From NCBI RefSeq assembly GCF_003704095.1, contig NW_020847750.1:372001-436000 (forward strand): a stretch of 64,000 nucleotides of DNA, in the 5' to 3' direction. Below, piece after piece: positions 24,176-36,683 of the stretch (positions are counted from its first letter, which is position 1; each line of letters starts with the position of its first letter). A program made the position numbers and the translations under genes. Below the pieces are notes generated by a model, which worked only from the letters and a program-made list of their open reading frames with translations, searched no databases and was not told the origin of the DNA. The stretch comes from Pocillopora damicornis. Its lineage: Eukaryota.

Positions 24176-26596
24176 GCTTGAAGTGGCACTTGGGGAATCA
24201 TTCGTTTCTTGTGTTTCGCCTTCCCTCATTCTTCATTTCTGACAATTTTAGCACACACACACACACACAATAACTTATTGCTTTGCGCACAAAGAGCGCA
24301 ATGTTAGAACAGTGAAGAACGTAGTACTCGTCCCTAAGATTATATCAAATCCTTTAAGCTAACATCTCGTATCGCCCACTCAAATATCTCGCTGTTTTGA
24401 GATAAATCTTAACCAAATAAATAGATTATTTCCGAAGCAAAATTTCTATCTTAAATATTAAAGGAAATAACAATCTGTTCAACGGATCTTTAGAGTGTCT
24501 TACTTTACGCTTCACCCAAAACAGATCAGATCAAACATTTCGTTTTGAAATTGCAAGAAATCATTATTATAAATCCAACACTTAAAAATATTTGAATAGC
24601 ATCTTTAATAGTTAACCTTGAACACGACTTAGTCCCCGATGCACCGTTGGCTGGAAATCGTGATCACTTCAGCTGGACTGACCAACAAGGCCTTACAACC
24701 AGAGTAAATTGAGTGCACAGAATAACTTTTAACTGTGAGTTAATCAGTATAAAACAGCTGCCTTCTATTCTTTAATCTTTTTTATACGATTCTCAGTTCT
24801 CCGAGTTTTTCTGAATACCTAACATTTACAGCAAAACTATAGATCAGTTTAGACAAGTACGCTTTTCACATCGAGAAAATTTAGGAACAGCTGCCGTTTG
24901 ATAACTGGTCTTAGTTTCATTACAATAAGTTTAGTTATGACGGTCATTAATTTCAATTTCACTACGGGAGGCAAATTTCTAATATGGATGATAATAAAAT
25001 CGTATTACCAAAGCCATGGCAATGACACTTCATTCAGTACCTTTCATTCCATTTGTAACGAGGTCTGTAGTTTGTCAAAACGAGTTGTCTAAGGGTTCCA
25101 CTTAGAGGCTTCGCCGAACCATTAACATGCTGCGAGTCATTTGAAAATATAGAAACACGATACGAAGGCAGGTGTGTAATGGTCTTTCAGCCGGTTATTT
25201 TTCATTTTTCTGGCAGACCTGAAAATGTGTCATGAGTTTTCTTGAAACTGATATGGTAAAATTTTAATTCTTTTTAGTTCTTCATGACAGAACGGAACTT
25301 CGAAATTCTGAGCCTCGCTGGTTTAAAAGGTAAATATTAAAAAAACCAAGTTCAAAATATTAAAAACTGGCATAATAAATATTAAACTTAACCTTATTAA
25401 TAACGACAAACCAGAGAGTTTGGATGGGTAAATACGTGTTGACGCCGAAACTCAAACGCACAGAACAGGAGAATATTCCTACAAAGACGAAAAAAAAGAG
25501 AAAAGATTGGGAAGGAAGCATTGACACCAGCCGGTTATTTATAAAAACGTGGCAGACATTGTAAAATTCTAATATAAAATAAAAAAGGCCAAAATGTCTG
25601 TAGCTTCATAATGTAACATTCAGGGTAATGGCAGATTATCTGAATACTTTCAATGGCGGAGACAAGACTTGTTAGGTCCCTAGCAAGTAAATTCTGGAAT
25701 GGAATTGCGGAAAACACTTCAGAATCTCAGTGGAATGGACCACGTGTAGTTCGAACAAAGTAACAGTTGTTGTGAACACAAAAAACTAGCATGATTAGTC
25801 TCAATACGGTTGAGATCGATCCATAAGTTTTGTAGCGAACGCACCGGCAAATTTCAAAACGGTTACACGAACCATACAATTTATTCGTAACCAGTGGTCT
25901 CGGAAACAAGATTAACTTAAATTGCACTACAGCCAACTACCGACAACAGTAATGACGATCACAAAGCGAAACATCAAACGGTAAAAGACAACGCAAAACG
26001 TACCTGACGGTTTGGATAGAAGGAGTACACGAGATGCAGCAAAGAAACGATCACAGCACGACAAACTGCATAACATTACTGTTCTTTCTGCGCGAAAATT
26101 TCAATATATGTATACGGACGCGAGGACACTGAAGCCTAATTGCAGATAAACCGCTGACCCTTAAATTTGTTGTTACAAGTTTGTTATTACAAGTTTCGAC
26201 TTAACACAAGTAAATGCTGCAAACAAATAGATAAAAAACAACAGCACAAAAGATGAAATATAAGCTACTAGTATTGTTTGAAACCTTGACCTTCCAAGAT
26301 CTAAATTCAGATTTTCCTAATACATGAGCATACATCTTTGTTGATTGGCTATGAGTATTAAGTGTTCTATCTATATCCATATAATATGCACAGCAACATG
26401 GACTCTACTATTCTTACATAGTGAAGAACAAAATCTTGTTTATGATGGCACCCACCTACAAAAGATCATGAGTGAGGACCAATCAAAAAGCCTGTTTGAT
26501 TCAGCTTATCATATCATAAATATTAAAAGTCAAAGCAAACTGAGTGAACAGAGTTTATTGCAGTTTTGTTTGATATCACATTAAGCTGTGACGATC

Positions 26597-26646
26597 TTCC
26601 ACATCCAGCTTCCCTTCAAGGAAGGATTTTCATCTGGACATTTCAT
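26597..26646 (-). promoter_or_regulatory. SECIS element (type II) in the MsrB1 3' UTR
   Basis: Minus strand AUGAA-AUGUCCAGAUG-AAAA-UCCUUC-cuu-GAAGGGA-AG-CUGGAUGU-GGAA. AUGA...GA core, helix II AUGUCCAG/CUGGAUGU, unpaired As 11 nt from the core, apical mini-stem; ~330 nt after the TAA stop. Confidence 0.85.
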
Positions 26647-26977
26647 CAAATTCAAACAAAAAACCCAATGTTTGCTGTTACATCAGATCACAATAATTAA
26701 TGCTGACAGCCACTAACTAGTAATTACAGTTATCTATGCCTACAGGTTCATTCTCCAAAAAATTTAAATCTTTATCTTGAATGTAATTTTTACAGATTCT
26801 ACAACACTTTTCCTTCAAAACAAAGCAGAACCAAAAACATGTATTATTTTAAGTAGTTGTACATTTTAAATAATATATAAACTTGATTATTATCATTATT
26901 ATAACAGCCTAATTTATCACCTTAGATTTTTTTACAACCTGTTTGTAGGACTTATTAATGCAATGTAGCTTTGTTAT

Positions 26978-29910
26978 TTAGTTTTTTCCATTTACATAAC
27001 TAGATGCTGTCCCACTGACTTGTTCCTCCTGTTTGGGGACAAACTGCAGTGAGTCAGAGAAGATTCAGAACCTTGAGGAGATTCCATCAGGGCCATCTTT
27101 TATGAATTCATGTCCTAGACCATTGCCACATTTACCACAGCTAACCTTCACAAGAGAAAATAAAATAAAACATGAATTTCACTTCCTTCAACATGGCTCA
27201 GATTTTGTTGATGGCAATTGCAAATAAGCCAGCTGATGTTACTTGAAAACAAAAAGCAGAGAAACACCAAGGAAAAAATCAAAGAAAAATAAAAACAATA
27301 AAAAAAAGAACCTCTTTGGATCTTACAATAACCACTTTGTTCCCTACCTGAGACCCATGTTATTAATCCTTTCACTCCCACGAGTGACCAAGACAGAATT
27401 TCTCCTTACAATATCAATACAATATCAAGCAGGCAGGTGATGAGAATAGAGAAGAATATCAATCATGGGAAAAATGGTTAATGCAACCCCTCCCCACTCC
27501 CCTCTCACCCTCTGCCTGATTTACCCATAAACTCCCAGAAGTGATTAACATATCCATTCAGCAAACAGGTAATGAGAATATTGCAACTTATCAAGAAGAA
27601 GCTGCTATCTTGATTTAGCACTAACTTCTCGTAACTACAAGGAAATGAGTCGCAGCTAGAGGAGAGAATTAACAATAAAACCAGAGACAAGGTTTTATAA
27701 ACCTTTTGATCTCTAGGAATGACTAGCATCTAATTTCTCCTTAACCCTTTAACTCCCATAAGTGACCAAGACAGAATTTCTCCTCACAATATCAATACAA
27801 TATCAACCAAATAAGTGATGAGAATAAAGAAAAATATCAATTTGAGGATAATTAGTTGATCTAATACTAAATTCTCTAAACTAACATTATGATAATCATA
27901 TGGTTGACAGTAAGGAGAAATACAAATTTGATCTGGGAGTTGAAGGGTTAATAATTAATATCAGCCCTGAATCACATATTAAGATCACAAGAAAAAAGGG
28001 CCATGATCATCAACTAAAGAAGCTCTTGATTGTTAAACAAATTCTCCTTGTCAGCACCTCAAGAAAAGTATAGAGAACATTAAGGAGATTATGCATACTG
28101 ATGTTAGGGTGTAGAGGGTGAAGAAATGTAGTGGAACATTCTCCGCATCTCAAGTTAAAATAGGTCAGTCCATTGTAATTTAGCTAGAGAATTCTATGTT
28201 TTGGTAAAAAAATTCTCCACCCTTAGATATGTGAATGAATGCACACAATTTGATTGCCATGGTGACCTTCTTGTTGGTGAGAATAATGCCTCCTCCTTTG
28301 TTGCTGTCCTAAGGGCATCTACCCTCCAATGTTACTGAATAAGAGTTTTTAAAAACAGGTAAAACTGTTCAGATGAGAGACTGCAGTATACTAACTAGAG
28401 GAAAAGTGTCAGAATGCATCTCACTGTACAACTACCTTTAGCGCTTTAGCCTTACTGCTTGTCTGAGGTTCAGTTTCATCAGCTTTTGACACACTGTCTG
28501 CTCTGATTGTCTCTGTAAATGCTGGCCAAGGTGTATTATGCTTGTATTTTGCCTTGGCACTGAAGAGCTTGTGACCACATTTGGGACAAATATAAATTCC
28601 TGCAAAGAGCAACAAAATGCAATCATCAAAATACCACACAAACCAAAAAGGAAATCACACTATCCAACCAAAACCCAGACAAAAAGAAACCAATCTCAAC
28701 ATTCAACCATTTCAGCACAACCAAAAGTGACCTACAAGGAAATTCTCCTTCAAATGTCAAAACAGCATTAACAGGAAAGATGATGAGAAGACATTAATAG
28801 TTCAACAAGGAGTTATTGTTTGATAAGCAAAAAACTCTTAGCTCCAAAATTGAAAGAAATGTATTGAAGACAGCAAGGAGAATTGATTTAGAGATATTTG
28901 GAATGGAAGCAAAGCAACATACTGAGGTGGCTGTTTAACCCCCTTTTCCCTCCCCCCCGGCCCCCCTCACCTCCCCTGTGGGCAGAACCCTCCACAAGGA
29001 TGGAAGGAAACTCAGCTGATTCACACAAGAGAGGACTTTTCCATTGCTGTCCTGAAAACTTCCTCTTAGCACCAGTTAACTCAAGAAATAGATAGATTTT
29101 ATCATCACAGACTCACAATTTATAAAACATCACAGTATTCAACAATGTTCCCAATGAAAAGTTCATGAAACAGAAGACACATTTTACAGACTTAAGTTGC
29201 TATAGAAAGTCATGGTCCAGATTTCACCTGTTAGAATTTTTAAAAAATCCAAGACAATTTTTATTTTATAAATAAGGAACACTCCTAAACCACCCCACCC
29301 CAACCCCCCTTCTCAGTACTCCCCCCTTCTCTTATGACTCGTGTTGTCAAGGCCTACATGTATAAATGACTCAGCGTTGTGGCTACGATATCAGCCGAAG
29401 CACGTCATCTTTTTAAACCACAACCTTTGGCTAGATGCATTAATAAATACTTTTTAAACCGCTCTAAAATTGCCAGCATGGCTTGGGCCTGATTTCGTCG
29501 CGTCTCTGATTAAGAAGAACAAGCGCATTCGTTCATTTGTACAAATTCCTCAAAACAAGTAGCTAATTTGCTACTTTTTGTATGTACCACAAAATGCAGA
29601 AATTTGAACTCTCCTGTTGAGATCGCTCATTTCTAGTCGTAATTTAAATTCTAATACTCTTGGATTTGTCGAAAAATCCTTTGTACCGACAAATTAAACC
29701 TACATAGTACATGCACGTAATTTAAATTTCGTCTGAACACTTGTTTGCATAATCAAAGCGAATAACATACTCGCGATCTCCATTGATCATGGCATTGCTG
29801 GAGAGAGAAAGAAAATATTATGGCTTACGACAGAAGAATAATATAAAATTAATACCAGCTTCAAAGTGGTTTCTGTATTTCTCGCCTCCGTCCCACGAGC
29901 AAAACGACAT
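26978..29910 (-). CDS. MSRB1: Methionine-R-sulfoxide reductase B1 (selenoprotein R/X), 128 aa, Sec at residue 100
   Basis: Exons 29910-29856 ([18 protein letters not shown]+G), 28599-28436 ([36 protein letters not shown]...ALK) and 27145-26978 ([38 protein letters not shown]...KN*). Two Zn-binding CxxC motifs; in-frame TGA at 27067-27065 matches the vertebrate SRFUIFS active site; SECIS downstream. Confidence 0.96.
27362..27470. mobile_element. Truncated piggyBac-type MITE
   Basis: ttaatcctttcactccca-cgagtgaccaagacagaatttctccttacaatatcaatacaatatc, near-identical to the start of 27741-27951. Confidence 0.75.
27698..28122. mobile_element. Nested piggyBac-type MITEs; intact inner element 27741-27951
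   Basis: Inner element TTAA-ccctttaactccca...tgggagttgaaggg-TTAA (CCC-start TIRs, TTAA target duplication). It interrupts a related outer element ending ctgatgttagggtgtagagggtgaa. Confidence 0.85.
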
Positions 29911-30429
29911 GATCGACTTCAAAACGGAAGTGGGATGGTGCCTGTGATACTTCTTCTACAGCGGTAACAAGCTTAGTCTGTTTCCGTTATGTAAGTTAGT
30001 ATAACTGTCCCTGTCGCACTAGGGAAGTTTACGTTGGAAATTGCGGTTTTAAATTCTCATTCTGAGCACCTGAGTAAATGAAAATGGTTGTCCCTTTGTA
30101 GTTTTTATTTTTTCTTTATCAGCCCAGGCCAGGAGCCCATTAATGGCTCCTTGCTAGGCTAACGTTGGCAGTAGGTAGCACATATTGGTATCTAAAATAA
30201 GGTTTTTCAAGGAGCCACTACGGTAATGCTCCTGGTTTTGTAAACTAAACATTCAGAAGATAAACGAAACATATCTTGCATCTCCAGAATTATTCTGAAA
30301 TCTGATGACCAGGTAGAGTGAGGATAAAGATTTTTTACTTTTTTTTTTCTGTTTTTGTTTTGGTTTTTCGAATGTTTTTTTTTTTACTGTCTTGTCCTTG
30401 GTAAAGTCAGTACAATATTATACAACGAA

Positions 30430-30840
30430 CAAAAATTATTTTCCCAGGAGGAGGAGACTCGATGCAATTGCAGCAAAATTCTTCTCCTACGGAGAGAGGA
30501 CTGGACACAAATGCCAGCAAAATTCTTTCTCAGAACAAGAAGACTTGATCAAATGACAACAAAATTATCTCCCCAGGAAGAGAGGACTCGACACAAATAG
30601 TAGCGAAATTTTTCACCAGGATTTGAGTAAGCGATTCAAATGGTAGCAAAATTCATTCCTGGATGAGGACTGGATACAAAATTCTGTCCTCAAGAGGAGA
30701 TGTCGCGATTCAAAAGACATCAAAATTCTTTCCCCATGGGAGGAAGGCTATAAAGAGTCGCAAAATTCTCCCCGCAGGAGGGGAGGACTCGATACATTGG
30801 CAGAAATAGAACTGTTTCCTCGGGAAGAAAGGTTTGATTG
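30430..30840. repeat. Degenerate minisatellite, ~43-bp unit, about 9-10 copies
   Basis: Recurring caaaattct..cccagga.gagaggactcga.acaaat..cag unit. Confidence 0.8.
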
Positions 30841-32195
30841 CAAATATTGTCGACAATTTTTGTTAAGAAGCTAACTCGGCGTATTCAGTGGACCTTCATG
30901 GAACTCTGCTAGCAAAAGTACATGACTAAATGAGAAGATCAATCAGTAAGGGTCGAATTCTGTTTAACCGACCTTAATGAAAGAGATATTTGTAATACCA
31001 TTTAGTTCCGTTAGGGCATTTAAGAATACACATGTTAAATAACTTTGTCTGAAATGGCTACAACGAGTCTTTCATGGAATATAACCTTTTTTTCTATCTT
31101 TTTGGCAACAAACCTTTTCGTCCTCCACGGGTTTTCTTAATCCTTTAATTTAACCTTTTGTCTTTGTTTAAATAGATAACAGCTTAAAATTGGCGTTGTT
31201 CGGATAAACATTAACTAGGATCCTTAATCTGCTTTGAGGAGCAAACGGGGAGAGACATTGGTCTAAATATTCCTTATCCTTTAAACAATCAAAACATTTT
31301 GTTTTACTAACGCACCTCAAGCGCAATTGTACTGAATTACCTTCTTTCAGACACTTTACTCACCAGACTTGAAATGTATGCCGTATTTCCTGAATTGTGC
31401 AATCAATTGTATGTGGGTTACTGAAAATGTCCTGGCCTTAATGATTCATCACTTCTCGCTAATTCAATACTTCTCTTGACTCCTTTGTCTTACTTTCCGT
31501 ATTGAATTTGACAAATCTTCTCCATCTTTCAACCGCAACTAATCCTTTTGCAGATCATACCAGAAATCCGATGAAAAAAAAACCAGATTTGACTCACTTT
31601 CAATTATTTTTGTGATCGTTTTTTGATTTACCACAAAAAATTCCAATGGAAACCACAAGGCTATGAAAAAAAATCCAACGTACTCCAAAATGAAACAAAA
31701 AACGCGTTCTATTCTGTTCTAATAACATAAATAAAAGCCAGTCTTTTCAGTTTAGTCAAGTGCTGTTGACGGAGCTCTCTTCTCTACACGATAACACTGC
31801 TGAAATTTTTTCAACCTGTGTAGAGGGTCAAATTTGTTGGCGTCTTTCATATTGACACTTGTGATCTCACTCAAAAACGTGCTAACACGACGCTATTCTC
31901 AGCACCGAAAGCGATTAACTGAGCATTAACAAAACTGTCTATATTCTATTCACGATCAGTGCCAGGTGTTCACAGCAAGAAACCAAGATGTTGTTGTTAT
32001 AGATACCCACCTTGTCACGCGAATCGTGACCAAGGAGTAGTATTGACCGGAAGGGAGACAAAAGACGTAAAAGATAACTATCTCATTCTGTAATAACCAG
32101 CGCGTGAACAAGTGAGAGGGCTATTTATTCAAGAACATTCAAGTTGCGTAAGGACATCACGAAAATACTAACATAACAACTCCGCTACACATACA

Positions 32196-33347
32196 ATGGT
32201 AGGAACAGCGATTGAAACTTTGTTACGCGGCCAAAGATGTTACAAACTTTGTTCAGTTATTATTCGTTAACCTAGTTCTCTTAGCGATTTTGTCTGTCTT
32301 TGTTGTTACAGGAGAAGTGTTCCTATCATCCGGCCGCAGCTTATGAGCGACCACCGCTCAAAAGTCCGATGGTGAAGAGAAGAAAGAACGGAACAACTTC
32401 TAGTGTTAAAAATGTTCAAATTGCAGTTCTGGGAAAGGACGGTGTAGGAAAATCAGGTAAATTTACTCCTTACTCGGTCATTAAACCTCCGCTGAACTGT
32501 TAAGGGTTGTTAGCTATGTACTGAACAGTAGATCAGTTCTTACGCTCTACATAGAATCTTTCCGCAACAATGTTTACTAATAACTAGAAACTAACATTGA
32601 AGTAGAAACGAGTTTCACTTTCATTAAGATAGAAACCACGATGATTTCAGACAATGAACTAAAATAAACATAGCGGAAGCTTGGTAGAATCTCGAAAAGC
32701 TAGTTTAACCGCAACTAGTGAAATCACAAAACTGGCGAGATCATATCACATTGTTTGTGACCAAACAAAAAGCTTTAATATGTATCATTTTTGACAAGGC
32801 GTTGAATACGTCTCACTTTGTTTTGTAAAAGAAACCCAACATAGAAATGTTCATTAAAAATCTCCCTCCGAGGGCAAAGAAAGGGCGAGCTGAGGAAGAA
32901 TTTTCAAACAATTGTCCGGCTTTAAATTGGCGAAACCGCGGGCGCCCCACCTGCGGAGAATCGAGCATTAATAGTCTTAGCCCAAGGAAGCCTTGGCGAG
33001 ACGGCTTCCGAATTACAAATAAGAACCTTTCAAAGGAACAATAAGTATAGGCAGATTTTTTCATTGTCAAAGAGAAAGTTTATTTTCATAATTACATTCA
33101 CACTACATAAACAAGTATTAAAGTGCACGAGTCTCCGCTTATTTGCCCGATCTCTGCTTTTTTTCGCTGAGGGCTCTTTCAAATGGAAGAACAATCGTCA
33201 GAGCGGGCAGATTACTCGGTTATTTGCGCGAAATTGTCAAAGAAAACTTCTTGACCTGATAACGTGGTACGTGTTAACTCTACTGAAATGTCCAACTACG
33301 ATGCATCAAAAACCACCGTCGCTGAGGTCGCGTTTGACATTAACATA

Positions 33348-33396
<49 letters not shown>

Positions 33397-36300
33397 AGGT
33401 TCCTAGTCATTGACTGTTGTAACATATGTTCCCCAGCTTGATAGTTTACAGTATCAGATACCTTAAGGAAGATGAATTGACACGAACTCTCTGGAAGATA
33501 GAAATTATCTTTTATTAGCGTATGAACTATAATCTGCTTTTGCGATTGCTCTTTAAGACACTAAGCATGATCAGCTTGTGAAAAGTAAAATATTTAAGTA
33601 CAGCATTCTCTTCAGTAAATCTATTGCATTTAGTTCACGTGTCTTATCATTTTTTGGGCTGTTGTTCAGCACGATTACAATCAGTCTTTGTATCACATAA
33701 TGGTTTGACGGGTATATATAAATATAGAGATACAAATATAACTTTAGGCTCGGCTCGGCTCGTTAATAACTGTCGTATCTATTAACACGGAAAATCTCGG
33801 CTGTTATTGACGTGCAATGAGCCGCATAAGAAGGGCCACCCGTCCTTTGCAATTTCTAGTATTTCAAGCACCTGCTAGTATCGACAATTAACAGAGTCAC
33901 GACTAAGGATTTAAGAATAAAAAACACTGGAGTTATCAGAGAATTTTATCGTAGGAGTTCATCTGTATTTAGGCTATGATTTAAGAAGCTTCATGTCACG
34001 AATTACAAAATCTTTTCGCGCTATGAAAACATGGCTACATCGAGTTTGAAAGTGACCGTACAATATTAGTTTGCAAGAAACAAAGATACTGAAAAGACAA
34101 CCGTTAACAAAGTAAGGGACAAGAGTAGTCATGGATGGAGAGGCGCAGATTTCAGTCGGCGAACTTGGCTCAAAAACTTGGCTAAATCATGGTCTTCAAA
34201 CCCTTGATGCAGTTTCATGCGCAAGCTGCAAAACCTGAAGTCAGAATTCGTTTTCTGGTTGATTGCTATAATTTAACATGAAGTAAACAGTCTTAAACTG
34301 CTTTTTTAATTCACTCTGAGAGTAGAATCGTAAAAGAGGGAAAAATATTACCTTGTTTTCCTCAAATACGTTTTTAATCCCTAATTTAATTACCTTACCC
34401 ACAGCCGACTATCTTGTACGTTCTACATGTTCTGTATACATAGGCAAATGGAATTTTTACTAACAGGGTTTATCATTTTTCCACCCGATCCGCCAGCATT
34501 TACAGTTAGAGCTCTCACCAGACGTTTCATTGGGGAATACGACAAAACATTAGGTAAGCTTACGTTCTTATAACCGACATAGCAGTCACTACGTTGCCGG
34601 CAAGTTTACAATAATTCTGCTACACTTAGATAAGCTCTTGTTATCGTTGAATTGTTCCTTGGATAAATGGTTAATTACCAACTGAAAACCATCTTAGTAT
34701 GGCCATCTTGTCACTTTTCAACTAAATGCGCTATTGATTTATCTGTGAAATCTTAGCAAGGGATCTCTACCCTCTCATTAGCCTAAATTTAGGCCATGTA
34801 TTGCAAGACGAAAATAGCACTGGAAAGGTCGGGAATCTATCAAAGGAAAAAGTCGAAGAACATCACGAAACGAAACTCTATGGTTTAATTTGTAACTTAT
34901 AAAGAAATTTGCAGATAGTTTTTAGCGAAAAATTGTCTGGTTTTAGTATCATCAAAAGGGCGCACGACTTTGTGTAATTCTATATTTACTAGTGTTAACG
35001 CGGTTACAAGCTCATCAAAATTCGCCCAACTTTTCCCTTCATATACGACATGCAATTCACTAATAAAAACTTACTGAAAAATGAAAAAATAACTGAAAAA
35101 AACAGAAAAAAATGAAAGTAAATTTATGGACCGTTTATAAATCTCTCACCCTCTACTCGAAAGTCTTTGTAAATCGAGAATTGTTGTTATCGCCGCCGAG
35201 ATAGAGGTAGATGACTGAAGTAAACCACATTAGGTTTATGAATCTTATCTCGACGGTTGATGTGTCATCTAGGTCAACATTAACACGACCTCTTCCTTTT
35301 AATGCAATGCCATGTCATTCTAACAGAAGCCTCCCTTGGAACAATTGCTGTTAATTATGGTATCTTTTATCATGTTTCCTTTATTTCTTGACGTATCTTT
35401 GGGCTTTCTATCCTCCCACGGAATAGGTGGAAGTTCAGTGTTTTATCGCAGCGGAAACATCGTATTGAAACTTTACCTTACATTAACCGAATCACGCAGT
35501 CGCCCGTGATTTTATAGAAAATGATTTGACTGATTAAGATAGAAGGATAGTGCTTTAATCTTTCCGTAAAAAGTTGTTTGCATGGCGTTCAGTTTTTCAC
35601 AATAGGAGAATGAGTATGAAATCAGTTTGAAACTATAGGAGAAAAAGTGAACCTTCATGTATTTTCTCGAACATTCAATGATGGGCGCAAAGGGAACTTA
35701 AATGCATACTTCATGCGAGGAATTCTAATGTGCTTTTTTAATTTGCTACAGAATCTACATATCGTCATCATGTAGAGCTCGACGGTCAGTTTCTGTCTCT
35801 AGACGTCTTGGACACAGCAGGAAAGGTACAGCAGGCCGTTTTCACGCTGAACATAACTGTGAACTAAATCTTGACAGGCCTTGGACTTTTCTGGATAAAT
35901 ATGAGTAGTATTTGCCATCTCGGTTCCGTTCTGACCCCCTCTCTCCCTCAATCCACTGGCGAATTTCTTCACACGCGAAGAACGACATTGGAGAACGTGC
36001 GGATCAATGTCAGTATCTGAACAACTACGCACCCATCCCCTCCCCCCCCCCAACCCATCATTAATCCTAACTTGTTATCAGTTGACTGTTGATGGGTTAA
36101 GGGGGGGTGGGGGGGGGGTAGATACGCAGTTGCTCAGATACTGATCATTGCCGCATTCAAGAAAGGTTTTTTTAAACGAGGTTAGAGTTTGCTCCATTAA
36201 CCCTCCCCTCCACTGCAGATGATGATGGAGCCTGTCAGGGAGAAGGCTGAGCTGCAACTAAAATGGTAATATTCGTCTGTGCTTTTTCAGAACTCTTTAG

Positions 36301-36683
36301 AAAAGATCGATAAGTGCGTCCACACAGGATCAGACTTATTTTTCGTCCTCTACTCCACAATCGACCGATCCTCGTTCGAGGAAGCCTCCTTGCTCTGTCA
36401 GTACCTCCTGAAAACAAAAAACGTGAATCCGGCTTGCTTAATTCTTGTCGGCAACAAAAGCGACCTGAAGCATTTCCGAGAAGTAGATGAATATGAAGGA
36501 CGTCTATTGGCTCAAGCCCTGGAGTGTGGTTTCTACCAGCTGTCGGTATCGGAAGGATTCGATGACTCTCAAAATGTTCTTTACAGTACCCTCAGGCAGT
36601 ACGTGAATACACAGAAACACGGATCGCCTTCCATCAGATTGTTTATTGACAATGTATTGAGTCGGAAAAAGTCAGTAACTTAG
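32196..36683 (+). CDS. RASL11/RASL12/RERG-like small GTPase, paralog 1 (~223 aa)
   Basis: Exons 32196-32198 (ATG), 32312-32456 (...IAVLGKDGVGKS), 34497-34553 (AFTVRALTRRFIGEYDKTL), 35752-35825 (ESTYRHH...DTAGK) and 36291-36683 (...LVGNKSD...SVSE...SRKKSVT*). LTRRFIGEY and SVSE are RASL11/12-RERG hallmarks. Confidence 0.92.
33351..33392. repeat. (TA)n microsatellite
   Basis: About 21 TA units. Confidence 0.95.
36001..36152. mobile_element. Palindromic MITE
   Basis: caatgtcagtatctgaacaactacgcac...tacgcagttgctcagatactgatcattg inverted ends; second copy at 52405-52513. Confidence 0.75.

Noticed and set aside
27065-27067. Premature stop suggesting an MsrB pseudogene
   Set aside because: The TGA is at the known Sec position, homology continues past it, and a SECIS is present.
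30430-30840. CRISPR-like repeat-spacer array
   Set aside because: Units are homologous along their whole length, there are no unique spacers or cas genes, and the context is eukaryotic.
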